A stretch of 64,000 nucleotides of DNA from a virus: positions 1-64,000 of IMG/VR virus record IMGVR_UViG_3300025435_001056; one strand, given 5' to 3'. A program made the translations under genes and the position numbers. Shown here one piece after another: positions 1 through 8,774 of the stretch (positions within the stretch are counted from its first letter, which is position 1; each line of letters begins with the position of its first letter). The notes beneath the pieces are model-generated. The model ran no database searches, was not told the origin of the DNA, and worked only from the letters and a program-made list of their open reading frames with translations.

Positions 1-2
1 CT

Positions 3-239
3 GTAGCTGGCCCAGGAAGTACTGGACAAGCCCTGTTGGCTGGATTGGCTCCAGCCCTGGCAGGCGGAACTATTGATCAGGCACGACAAATAGCCAACAA
101 TCTGGGTGGATTTTTATTTCCAACACCCGACGGCACAAGTAATCCTCCAGATCCGGTTGGCCCGCCGGTAGCACTGGCTGATCCAAGCACATCCGCATGG
201 CAAGCGGCTTATGACCGCGGCGATATTCCTCAAGATTAA
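3..239 (+). CDS. 3' end of a hypothetical protein (5'-truncated by the window)
   Basis: Frame open from position 3 to TAA at 237-239, directly before the next ATG. Confidence 0.55.
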   Translation, partial: VAGPGSTGQALLAGLAPALAGGTIDQARQIANNLGGFLFPTPDGTSNPPDPVGPPVALADPSTSAWQAAYDRGDIPQD

Positions 240-241
240 TC

Positions 242-601
242 ATGGGATCAGTCAACGCAATCAACACCAACACAGATCAAACGGTACAGATATTTGATCA
301 ATTTTACAATTTTCAACAAAGTGTTGCAGTGGACGAATACGATGCTGTGCGCAGTTATTTCCTTTCGGTGTTTGGCACAGCCGAGGCTGCTGGAAATTTT
401 ACCGTAGCGTTATTCAGGGTGGCACAACAATCAAATACATCAGTTATGAGCTTACTACAACAGATGAGAGGGCAATCAGGCCCACAAATTACAGCTACTT
501 TGGCCTATTATCTAAACGGAATTCGTAGTGCTACAACTTTATTGGGCATAAATGTGCCAACACAACCCAATTTTTATGTAGCACACAACATCAGGATTTG
601 A
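242..601 (+). CDS. hypothetical protein
   Basis: 119-aa ORF tightly packed with neighbours. Confidence 0.75.
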   Translation: MGSVNAINTNTDQTVQIFDQFYNFQQSVAVDEYDAVRSYFLSVFGTAEAAGNFTVALFRVAQQSNTSVMSLLQQMRGQSGPQITATLAYYLNGIRSATTLLGINVPTQPNFYVAHNIRI

Positions 602-604
602 CGC

Positions 605-1045
605 ATGGCCAAGTTTGCATCCGGTGCTTATGTGGTCAAAAACTCACAAAAATATGTAGGACGCGGTATTCCTAGATATCGCAGTAGTTGGGAATGGGCT
701 TTTATGAATTTCTGTGATACCAATGACAACATAATCCAATGGGCAAGTGAGCCGGTGCGTATTCCGTATCGGCACCCGCTTACTGGTAAAAACACCACCT
801 ATGTACCAGACTTTATTGTGACTTATCGTGGCCCCAACAACACTACCCGAGCTGAACTGATTGAAATTAAACCCAAAAGTCAAAGTCTTATTGAAGAAAA
901 ACAAAGCCAACGAGATCGTGCTCAGGTAGCAATCAACTACGCCAAATGGGACATGGCACAAAAGTGGGCCAAGGCCAACGGACTGACTTTTAGAATTATA
1001 ACAGAAGATCAGATATTCCATCAAGGCCGCGGTAAAAAGCGGTAA
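605..1045 (+). CDS. TnsA-like / T4 gp4-like head completion endonuclease
   Basis: YRSSWE, WASEP, YVPDF, EIKP and NxAKW motifs (PD-(D/E)XK fold). Confidence 0.85.
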   Translation: MAKFASGAYVVKNSQKYVGRGIPRYRSSWEWAFMNFCDTNDNIIQWASEPVRIPYRHPLTGKNTTYVPDFIVTYRGPNNTTRAELIEIKPKSQSLIEEKQSQRDRAQVAINYAKWDMAQKWAKANGLTFRIITEDQIFHQGRGKKR

Positions 1046-1053
1046 ATAGCTGT

Positions 1054-1182
1054 ATGACAATTCAGTTGTATGTAAAGGCCCATCAAGTTACGGGATTAAA
1101 ATATCTTGGCAAAACTTGGAAACTAATTAATGGTAAAAGAGTTTGGATAGAAAAAGGAGACTCAAAATTACTAAGAAATTAG
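1054..1182 (+). pseudogene. internally deleted homing endonuclease remnant (42 aa)
   Basis: MTIQLYVKAHQVTGLKYLGKT closely matches the N-terminus of ORF 11021 (YSLYVKTHRVTGLKYLGQT) and is joined directly to WKLINGKRVW. Confidence 0.75.
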
Positions 1183-1643
1183 AAGAACTTTTTGAGTTTA
1201 ATAAACTTGAAGAATCTACAGAAACCGACAGACCCCAAACAGTAGAGGAAACTCGCATTGCTATTGCTGCAATTGACACAACCATTGACAAAATTGACTC
1301 AGCCCTGCCGGCTGTGCGCGGTTTAGATGCAAGTGATCAAGAAATGGACGATCTAGCAGCCAAAGCTACTGAAACTTTTGACGATCTCATGACCCTGGGT
1401 ATGAATGTGGACAGCCGATATGCTTCTGAAATATTTGCTGTGGCTGGGGCTATGCTAGGACATGCACTGACTGCTAAAACAGCTAAAATGAACAAAAAAT
1501 TAAAGATGATTGATCTGCAGATGAAAAAACTCAAACTGGATCAAGATCGTGGTCAAGATCCTGAAGTACAAACAGCACACGGACAGGTCTTGAACCGTAA
1601 CGACCTACTGGAACGCTTGATCAGCAGCCGACCAAAAGATTAA
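1167..1643 (+). CDS. helical hypothetical protein, possibly terminase small subunit-like; probable ATT start
   Basis: AGGAG at 1155-1159 lies 7 nt before in-frame ATT (ITKKLEELF); located in the packaging region. Confidence 0.6.
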   Translation: MTKKLEELFEFNKLEESTETDRPQTVEETRIAIAAIDTTIDKIDSALPAVRGLDASDQEMDDLAAKATETFDDLMTLGMNVDSRYASEIFAVAGAMLGHALTAKTAKMNKKLKMIDLQMKKLKLDQDRGQDPEVQTAHGQVLNRNDLLERLISSRPKD

Positions 1644-1675
1644 TACAGCATAAATATCATATAGGGAAAAGACCG

Positions 1676-2287
1676 ATGAAAAAATTTCAACAATACCTGG
1701 CAGAATCAGAAAGAACCTACAATTACCGTATAAAATTTGTGGGTGATTTAGAATCCGGCTTTTTAAAAGCCTTGGAAGACAAACTCAAGCAGTTTGACAT
1801 TGTCAAAATTTCTGGTGCCAAAACTACACCAGTACAATTAAAACCAGCAGACTTTCCTGCTCACGAAAATGATCGGGTGACACATGTGGATGTAGAATTC
1901 CGCTACCCAGCCATTGAGCCGCAGATTCAACAGCTGGTACAATTGTTGGGCATGAATCCTAACCGTGTACGTATGTTGACCACACCTTACGAAGACGATA
2001 TGGCCGATGAAAAGGCTAAAATTGCGGATCAAAATACAGATCTTTTGACCGACACTGACTACCCAGCCGACAATGCAGAACAAAAGGCCCTAAAGAAAGA
2101 TTACTCAGCTCCGTATGACAAACATGCGGTATTAAAAAACACTTATCGCAGTGACTTTACTGTGGCTGGTGGCAAGACACCGCCTGCACAAACCACAAAT
2201 GACTTGCCGATGGGCAACACAAGCCCTATGACCAAGATGCATCGTAAACCCAAGCCACCTACTGGCGCACACCCAAGGAACATATAA
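1676..2287 (+). CDS. putative internal head protein
   Basis: TAAATA upstream; N-terminus MKKFQQYLAE resembles the T4 capsid-targeting sequence. Confidence 0.6.
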   Translation: MKKFQQYLAESERTYNYRIKFVGDLESGFLKALEDKLKQFDIVKISGAKTTPVQLKPADFPAHENDRVTHVDVEFRYPAIEPQIQQLVQLLGMNPNRVRMLTTPYEDDMADEKAKIADQNTDLLTDTDYPADNAEQKALKKDYSAPYDKHAVLKNTYRSDFTVAGGKTPPAQTTNDLPMGNTSPMTKMHRKPKPPTGAHPRNI

Positions 2288-4182
2288 TGACATTTTTTTA
2301 CGACTTAAACAAACGCCTAGCCGATTTGTCTGCCAAACAAGATCGGCGTCTTGACGAAAGCCGTGCCGCTGTCGACGAAAGCGCCTTCTCCAAGTTGGCC
2401 AAAGAGATTGGCAAGAACCCCAAGATTAAAAATCCTGCGGCAGTTGCTGCCACCATTGGTCGTGAAAAGTATGGTCAAAAGGCCATGACAAAGAAAGCCA
2501 TGGCTGGTAAGAAGGCCAAGCATCATAATGAAATGGACGAAGACTTTAGTCCTATTAATGAAAAGTTTGCTGAGCCTGCCAAGATCAATCCGGCTAAGAA
2601 AGGCATGTTTGCTGGCAAGAACAAGGCCGAATTACAAAAACAATATAACCATTTGAAAGCAAGTGGTCCACATCACAAAGGTAGCCCCGAGTATACCAAG
2701 ATGAAAGAGCTGGCATTTGCCATTCGTGCTAAGTCAGGTTGGGGCAAAATGGACGAAGCTGACATGGATGAAGGCAATGATTTTACAGGCGAACGAGTAA
2801 AAGCAATCAAGGCCGGTAAAGATCATTTCACAGTGGGAGGCAAGACTTACAAAATTACTGGCGACACATCAGATGAAAAAATGATGGAAAAGAAAGAACC
2901 CAAGAGCAAAGGCACTGCCTTTGATCCTGAAACAGCCAAGAGCATGTTTGCCAACAAGGACGAACACCCACGCCACGATGTCAAAGACACTGGCTACAGC
3001 AAGCGTTATACTCGCAAACACGAGGATGACATGGAGAAGGATGACGAAGTCAAAAGCGACGAGCCAAAGAAAAAAGGTCGTCCAAAAAGTACTAAACCAA
3101 AAGATGACGAGCCCGTCACCAAGGGCAGTTACAAATACAAGATGGTCAACGGCAAGCGAGTGCTGAAGGATAAGGTCAAAGAAGATGGTATCCCTGTTGC
3201 TGATCGCGGCGAGTATGACAATGAAGGTAGTGAAGTCAAAGGCGACATGCACACAGTTATTCGTCATGCTACCAAACTTGAAAAACACCTGCGTGACAGC
3301 GAAAACTTGCCAACCTGGGTAATTGAAAAGATTGGCCAGATTAAGGGTATGATGGCTAGTGTCAGCGACTATATTTTGTCACAGCATGAGCGTGGTGTTG
3401 AACAGGCCACCGGTGAAGAAGGCATTCGCATTGCTGAAAAAATTACCAAGGACACACCAACAGGTGATGTAATCCATGATTTTGTACACAGCAAGAATCC
3501 CAAGTTTGCTGGCAAGAGCAAAAAAGAACGTATTAATCAAGCCTTGGGTGCTAGCTATGCTATGAAAAAGGATAAGATGGAAGAAGACGGCAAGCCAGAT
3601 TTCTTGGATCTAGACAAGGATGGCAACAAAACTGAGCCAATGAAACAGGCCGTTAAACAAGCCAAATCTAATAAAGAAAAAAAGGTTGAAGAAACAACTA
3701 CTAGTGGTAGCGTAGCCACAGCAACCCCCAGTGGCAAGTCCAGTAAAGGCGGCATGTCTTTCGGCAAAGGTGTTTATGAAAGTATTGATCAACAAGTTGA
3801 ACAAATGATAACTGAAAGTATCAGTGTTCAAGAAAATGTTGAAGAGTGTGGCATGGAAGGTGGCCAACCAAGCATCACTGTCCAGGCTGACGGTGAAGAA
3901 GCTGCCAAACTCATGATGTTGTTAAAATTGGCTGGCCTAGATGTACCTCAGGCCGAATTAGACGAAAACGAAATGGATTGGCCAACAGATCAACAAACTC
4001 TGTCCACCGAACCAAACCTGCGTACATACTCAGGCGGCTTAAATGGACCCAAGTCAACAGGTCAAAGTACCACAGTTGGCGGCGGCATCCCTAATTATCA
4101 AACACGCCGGCAGGTTAGCATGGAAGAGTCAGTCAAACTTGAGCGCAACCTGTTCAAGACTTGGCAAGACTATAAAGGTTAA
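2287..4182 (+). CDS. charged modular protein, putative prohead core / internal polyprotein
   Basis: Lys/Glu/Asp-rich with many [ILVM]-x-E motifs separating short modules. Confidence 0.55.
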   Translation: MTFFYDLNKRLADLSAKQDRRLDESRAAVDESAFSKLAKEIGKNPKIKNPAAVAATIGREKYGQKAMTKKAMAGKKAKHHNEMDEDFSPINEKFAEPAKINPAKKGMFAGKNKAELQKQYNHLKASGPHHKGSPEYTKMKELAFAIRAKSGWGKMDEADMDEGNDFTGERVKAIKAGKDHFTVGGKTYKITGDTSDEKMMEKKEPKSKGTAFDPETAKSMFANKDEHPRHDVKDTGYSKRYTRKHEDDMEKDDEVKSDEPKKKGRPKSTKPKDDEPVTKGSYKYKMVNGKRVLKDKVKEDGIPVADRGEYDNEGSEVKGDMHTVIRHATKLEKHLRDSENLPTWVIEKIGQIKGMMASVSDYILSQHERGVEQATGEEGIRIAEKITKDTPTGDVIHDFVHSKNPKFAGKSKKERINQALGASYAMKKDKMEEDGKPDFLDLDKDGNKTEPMKQAVKQAKSNKEKKVEETTTSGSVATATPSGKSSKGGMSFGKGVYESIDQQVEQMITESISVQENVEECGMEGGQPSITVQADGEEAAKLMMLLKLAGLDVPQAELDENEMDWPTDQQTLSTEPNLRTYSGGLNGPKSTGQSTTVGGGIPNYQTRRQVSMEESVKLERNLFKTWQDYKG

Positions 4183-4188
4183 AATAAA

Positions 4189-4482
4189 ATGAGCGTACAA
4201 GTTATCAATGCTGCAGGCAATGTTTTGTGGACCACAGACAAAGCTGAAATTGACTCCAACAGTGCCGATGTTACCTATCAGGTGTTTGCTACAGCACTAG
4301 GCACAGCAACCGCTGTGGGTAATCTGTATGCTAACGCAGTAGCAGTTCCTAACGGCACAGTGCGTGACATTTATGTTGGTGCTGGCAATTATCTAATCAT
4401 GACTGGTACTACATTTACAGCTAGAGCCTTAGGCACGCAAAGTTCAGCACAGCACAGCGTATTCAACAAGTCTGGTGTCTAA
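4189..4482 (+). CDS. putative small virion protein
   Basis: 97 aa, Ala/Thr/Gly-rich, in the late head cluster. Confidence 0.6.
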   Translation: MSVQVINAAGNVLWTTDKAEIDSNSADVTYQVFATALGTATAVGNLYANAVAVPNGTVRDIYVGAGNYLIMTGTTFTARALGTQSSAQHSVFNKSGV

Positions 4483-4484
4483 TT

Positions 4485-4859
4485 ATGCGGGCTCGAGAGT
4501 TCGTCACTGAAGATGCACACTCAAAGTTTCATGATGATCAGTTAGGTCCAATGACTGGCATGAAACGGTACGATGGATTAGATAATTCAAATCCTTACAA
4601 CATGTGGCGTTTTATTGTAGCAGCAGCTGGCCAGCCAAAGAAAGATGAAATAGACCCAACCGCACCATTGAGCAAAGGCGGCCCAATTGGACAAAAATTG
4701 TCTACACTAGCCTATAGTAAAGCTGATGCTGAAATCTTGGATGCTACGGCACGAGCCATGGGCGAAACAGGTACAACAATCAGCAGTCAAGATTCAACCG
4801 AACCTACTACAACAAACAAAACCAGCCCAGTTAAAGGATTTGCAGGGTATCCAAGATGA
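4485..4859 (+). CDS. hypothetical protein, paralog A
   Basis: MRAREFVTE...NPYNMWRF...TSPVKGFAGYPR. Confidence 0.75.
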   Translation: MRAREFVTEDAHSKFHDDQLGPMTGMKRYDGLDNSNPYNMWRFIVAAAGQPKKDEIDPTAPLSKGGPIGQKLSTLAYSKADAEILDATARAMGETGTTISSQDSTEPTTTNKTSPVKGFAGYPR

Positions 4860-5254
4860 GAGCCCGTGAATTTATTACAGAGGTAGCCATGGGTCGCACC
4901 GGCAGTCTTCAGCGAGACATTGCCTTGGCCTTGCCTGGTGCGTGGAAAATACCAGCACTTAAAAATCAAGATCCATACTTACAATATAGATTTGGTGTAG
5001 CTATAGCCGGAGCCAAAGGTGCCAAGCAACGTGTCCAGGACGGCGTTCCTCCTTTTGAACCAGATACGGTTTTTGGTGAAAATGAATTTGTAGTCAGCTA
5101 TGATCCTCACACAGGCGAATACATTCAAGATGCCCTACGGGCCATGGGTCTTCCTGGCGGTGATGCTATACAAGTGGCCACTATGGCCAGCAAAGAAATG
5201 CCCGATGTAGTTACCACCAGTCCAATCTGTAGATTTGTGGGCTACCCTAAATAA
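4856..5254 (+). CDS. hypothetical protein, paralog B
   Basis: MRAREFITE...DPYLQYRF...TSPICRFVGYPK; ATGA overlap with paralog A. Confidence 0.75.
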   Translation: MRAREFITEVAMGRTGSLQRDIALALPGAWKIPALKNQDPYLQYRFGVAIAGAKGAKQRVQDGVPPFEPDTVFGENEFVVSYDPHTGEYIQDALRAMGLPGGDAIQVATMASKEMPDVVTTSPICRFVGYPK

Positions 5255-5291
5255 TCAATAAATAGTAGCACATTTCAAACAAGGAAATAAA

Positions 5292-6008
5292 ATGAAAAAA
5301 CTTTTAATCTTAGCATTGGTAGCATTGGCACCCGTTTTGGCCCAAGCACAGATCAACAAACAATGTCCACAGTTTACTGTCAACGGCACACCACAGTATG
5401 CGGCCCAACCCGGCGATCAAGAAATTTGCCACATGAATTATGCTGTGATACATCGTTGTAGTGTCAAAGCTCCGGTAGCAGTATTTGAGCATTTGACAGT
5501 AGCCGCAATGACAGGCCCAGCCAAGCGAAAAGACAACTTCCACCCAGATTCTGCGGTTACACCTAACTGTAGTGCTAGCCTAGCCGACTATGCTGTGGTT
5601 GGTAAAACACACGATCGTGGACACATGGCTCCAGCTGGAAACAACACACAAAACGATGCTATCATGACAGAAAGTTTCAACTTGAGTAACATGGTTCCAC
5701 AAGTGGCCAACAACAACCGTGGTATCTGGAAGCAGTTAGAAACATTTGAACGTCAATGGGCCATGGCTCCAGGCACAGATTTCTATATCATCTCTGGTGG
5801 TATTTTTGATCAAGGACATCCTGTAATTGGCAACGGTTTAGGAATTCCAACACGCTTATACAAGATCATCATTGAAAAGAACAGCAAGAAGGTTCAAGCA
5901 TACTTAATGCCTAACGCAGCATTGCCAGTCCAAGACTTACCCAAGTATCAAGTGCCAATGGCGGCCATTGAGCAGGCCACAGGAATGCGATTTAACTTAG
6001 GCCAGTAA
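5292..6008 (+). CDS. secreted DNA/RNA non-specific endonuclease (NucA/EndoG family)
   Basis: Signal peptide MKKLLILALVALAPVLAQA; DRGHMAP, SNMVPQ and NRGIWKQLE motifs. Confidence 0.92.
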   Translation: MKKLLILALVALAPVLAQAQINKQCPQFTVNGTPQYAAQPGDQEICHMNYAVIHRCSVKAPVAVFEHLTVAAMTGPAKRKDNFHPDSAVTPNCSASLADYAVVGKTHDRGHMAPAGNNTQNDAIMTESFNLSNMVPQVANNNRGIWKQLETFERQWAMAPGTDFYIISGGIFDQGHPVIGNGLGIPTRLYKIIIEKNSKKVQAYLMPNAALPVQDLPKYQVPMAAIEQATGMRFNLGQ

Positions 6009-6033
6009 TCAGAACGCTCACAATTACTGTATG
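5991..6033 (+). repeat. degenerate direct repeat, copy 1 (partner 7160-7203)
   Basis: TTTAACTTAGGCCAGTAATCAGAAC..AATTACTGTATG vs TTTAATTTAGATCAGTAACCAAAAC..AATTAAAGTATG, about 32/44 identical by hand alignment. Confidence 0.7.
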
Positions 6034-7164
6034 AAAAATTTCTATTGTGCAGCTCCCTGGCGAGGTCTGCACATTAATCCCCAGGGCGATGTTAAGACCT
6101 GTTGTGCTGGTAATGACAGCATGCTGGGAAATTTAAAAAATCAATCAATATTAGAAATACTCAATGGGCCAGCATTGGGCGAAATACAAGCAAGTATAAA
6201 ACAAGGCATCGCTCACAAATACTGTAATAATTGTGTCAATGCCGAGCTGTTTGGACTCAGCGAACGCAATTGGCACAATGATGTTAATTTAGATTTTGAT
6301 CCAGCTACCGCAAAAATAAACGAACACAGACCTTCTATAGTTGATGTTAGATGGAATACAACCTGTAATTTAAGTTGTAATTATTGTGACGAAGTGGCTA
6401 GTTCCAAGTGGGCTGATATTTTAAAATTTCCTATAGCATCCAACACAAGAAAATATTATGCAGAGGTATGCGACTATCTGGATGAACACAAGGAACACAT
6501 ACGCGAAGTTTCATTAGTTGGCGGTGAACCATTACTCTTGCCAGAAAACGAGCGATTGCTTGAAGTTATTCCAAAAAATTGTCCAATATCGTTGATAACT
6601 AATTTGAGCATCGATCTTGAAAATAATAAAATTTTTAAAAAATTGCTAACAAAAAATCTAGTAATGTGGAAAGTAAGTTTTGAAAATTTAGGTCCGCACT
6701 TTGAATATGTTAGGTATGGTGCCAATTGGAATACACTAGAAAAAAATTTGCAATTGTTGCGTACACTACGCAACATAGGACATGAAGAATCAGTTCATAG
6801 TGTTTATAGTTTGTATAATGCTACACGATTGATAGAATTTGTAGAGTGGATTAAAAATTTAGGATTGAAGATAAACTGGCAAGGATTGTATCGACCTGAT
6901 TATCTAAATCCTTTATTTCATAATGAGCCAATTCGTCAAATAGCAATGGATCAATTGGATCAAGTGCTTGCTAGAACGGATTTGACAACGGTTGAAAGAA
7001 CATTCTTAACACAAACTAGAAAAAATTACAATGTTCCGCAAGAAAAAAATTTAACTGACAAATTTTTAGAATATACTAGCAAACTTGAAACAGATTATCA
7101 TCCTGGTCTATTAGGTCACTTTGCTAAACTTTGGCCTGAAATTTATAATAACATACAGTTTTAA
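6031..7164 (+). CDS. radical SAM protein with N-terminal SPASM/twitch-like domain
   Basis: CNLSCNYC, GGEPLL, N-terminal C..PW..GDVKTCC..CNNC; AT-rich. Confidence 0.9.
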   Translation: MKNFYCAAPWRGLHINPQGDVKTCCAGNDSMLGNLKNQSILEILNGPALGEIQASIKQGIAHKYCNNCVNAELFGLSERNWHNDVNLDFDPATAKINEHRPSIVDVRWNTTCNLSCNYCDEVASSKWADILKFPIASNTRKYYAEVCDYLDEHKEHIREVSLVGGEPLLLPENERLLEVIPKNCPISLITNLSIDLENNKIFKKLLTKNLVMWKVSFENLGPHFEYVRYGANWNTLEKNLQLLRTLRNIGHEESVHSVYSLYNATRLIEFVEWIKNLGLKINWQGLYRPDYLNPLFHNEPIRQIAMDQLDQVLARTDLTTVERTFLTQTRKNYNVPQEKNLTDKFLEYTSKLETDYHPGLLGHFAKLWPEIYNNIQF

Positions 7165-7203
7165 TTTAGATCAGTAACCAAAACTGCCATAAATTAAAGT
7201 ATG
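7160..7203 (+). repeat. degenerate direct repeat, copy 2
   Basis: Encodes FNLDQ* versus FNLGQ* at the end of the nuclease gene, followed by a similar intergenic stretch and ATG. Confidence 0.7.
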
Positions 7204-8766
7204 GCAAAAACCGAAGATACCTTAGTAAAGGCTCCGTATAGAACGACACCTTTCACTGATTATCAATTAGAAGAATTTGTAAAGTGCGCAGACCCTGATC
7301 ATGGGCCTGAGTACTTTATGAGCAATTATTTTTACATACAACATCCGGTTAAGGGCAAGATGTTGTATTATCCTTACGATTATCAAAAACGTTTAATCAG
7401 TACCTATCATAATTACAGATTCAGCATCAGTATGATGCCGCGACAAACCGGTAAATCAACTTCGGCTGCCGGTTATTTGTTATGGGTAGCCATGTTTGTT
7501 CCTGACTCGACTATCTTAATATCTGCACATAAACATGCTGGTGCACAAGAAATTATGCAACGGGTACGCTATGCCTACGAGCTGTGTCCTAACTATATCC
7601 GTGCCGGCGTAACTAATTACAATCGAGGCAGTATTGATTTTGAAAACGGTAGTCGTATTGTATCGGCTACCACTACAGAAAATACCGGTCGTGGTATGAG
7701 TATATCCTTGCTGTACGCTGACGAGTTTGCATTTGTACGACCTGGAATAGCTAAAGAATTTTGGACCTCCATCAGCCCTACACTGGCCACTGGTGGTAAG
7801 GCAATTATTACCTCAACTCCAAACTCAGATGAAGATCAATTTGCCTTGTTGTGGAAAGGTGCTAACAAATTAGAAGATCCCTACGGAAATCCAACCGCAG
7901 TAGGTATCAATGGATTTAGGCCGTTCCGCAGCTATTGGAACGAACATCCTGATCGAGATGAAGCCTGGGCCGCAGAACAACAGGCACAACTTGGCGAAGA
8001 TCGTTTCCGGCGAGAAATGGGATGCGAATTCATTATTAACGATGAGACCTTGATTGCTCCAACCAAGCTGATTGATTTACAAGGACATGAACCCCTGTAT
8101 CGAACCGGTCAGGTACGCTGGTATCAAAAACCTCGTGCTGACAGGACCTATGTGGTATCCTTAGACCCTAGTCTCGGTACCGGTGGCGATCCAGCAGCTA
8201 TACAAGTATTTGAGGCCAACACCACAGAACAAGTGGCCGAATGGCGCCACAATCGCACACCAATACCAGAGCAGATCCGCATCATGGCCGGTATTGTAAA
8301 ACACATCAATGAAACGGTGCAGAGTCCTGAAAACATTTATTACAGTGTAGAAAACAATACCATAGGTGAAGCGGCTCTTATCAGTATTGCCGAATTTGGC
8401 GAGGAAAACATACCAGGTTATTTCCTTAGTGAACCTGCCAACGGCAACGGCCGTAGATATCGCAAAGGATTCAACACCACAAACAAGCACAAATTGTTGT
8501 CTTGCAACAAGATGAAATCTTTAATTGAATCGGGCAAAATGAAAATACGTAGTACAGCCCTGGTTTCGGAGCTAAAAACCTTTGTAGCCCACGGGGTTAG
8601 TTATGCGGCCAAACCTGGGGAAACTGATGATTTAGTCATGGCCGCACTGCTAAACATACGCATGCTACAACTGCTACAAACCTACAATAACGAAATTGAT
8701 AACCAACTACGCGATCACGGTGACGCTATAATTGAACCTATGCCGTTCATATCAGTGATACGATAA
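7201..8766 (+). CDS. terL: terminase large subunit (T4 gp17-like)
   Basis: Walker A PRQTGKST, Walker B LLYADEF, ITSTPN, nuclease LDPS and DDLVMA. Confidence 0.95.
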   Translation: MAKTEDTLVKAPYRTTPFTDYQLEEFVKCADPDHGPEYFMSNYFYIQHPVKGKMLYYPYDYQKRLISTYHNYRFSISMMPRQTGKSTSAAGYLLWVAMFVPDSTILISAHKHAGAQEIMQRVRYAYELCPNYIRAGVTNYNRGSIDFENGSRIVSATTTENTGRGMSISLLYADEFAFVRPGIAKEFWTSISPTLATGGKAIITSTPNSDEDQFALLWKGANKLEDPYGNPTAVGINGFRPFRSYWNEHPDRDEAWAAEQQAQLGEDRFRREMGCEFIINDETLIAPTKLIDLQGHEPLYRTGQVRWYQKPRADRTYVVSLDPSLGTGGDPAAIQVFEANTTEQVAEWRHNRTPIPEQIRIMAGIVKHINETVQSPENIYYSVENNTIGEAALISIAEFGEENIPGYFLSEPANGNGRRYRKGFNTTNKHKLLSCNKMKSLIESGKMKIRSTALVSELKTFVAHGVSYAAKPGETDDLVMAALLNIRMLQLLQTYNNEIDNQLRDHGDAIIEPMPFISVIR

Positions 8767-8774
8767 ATAACAAT

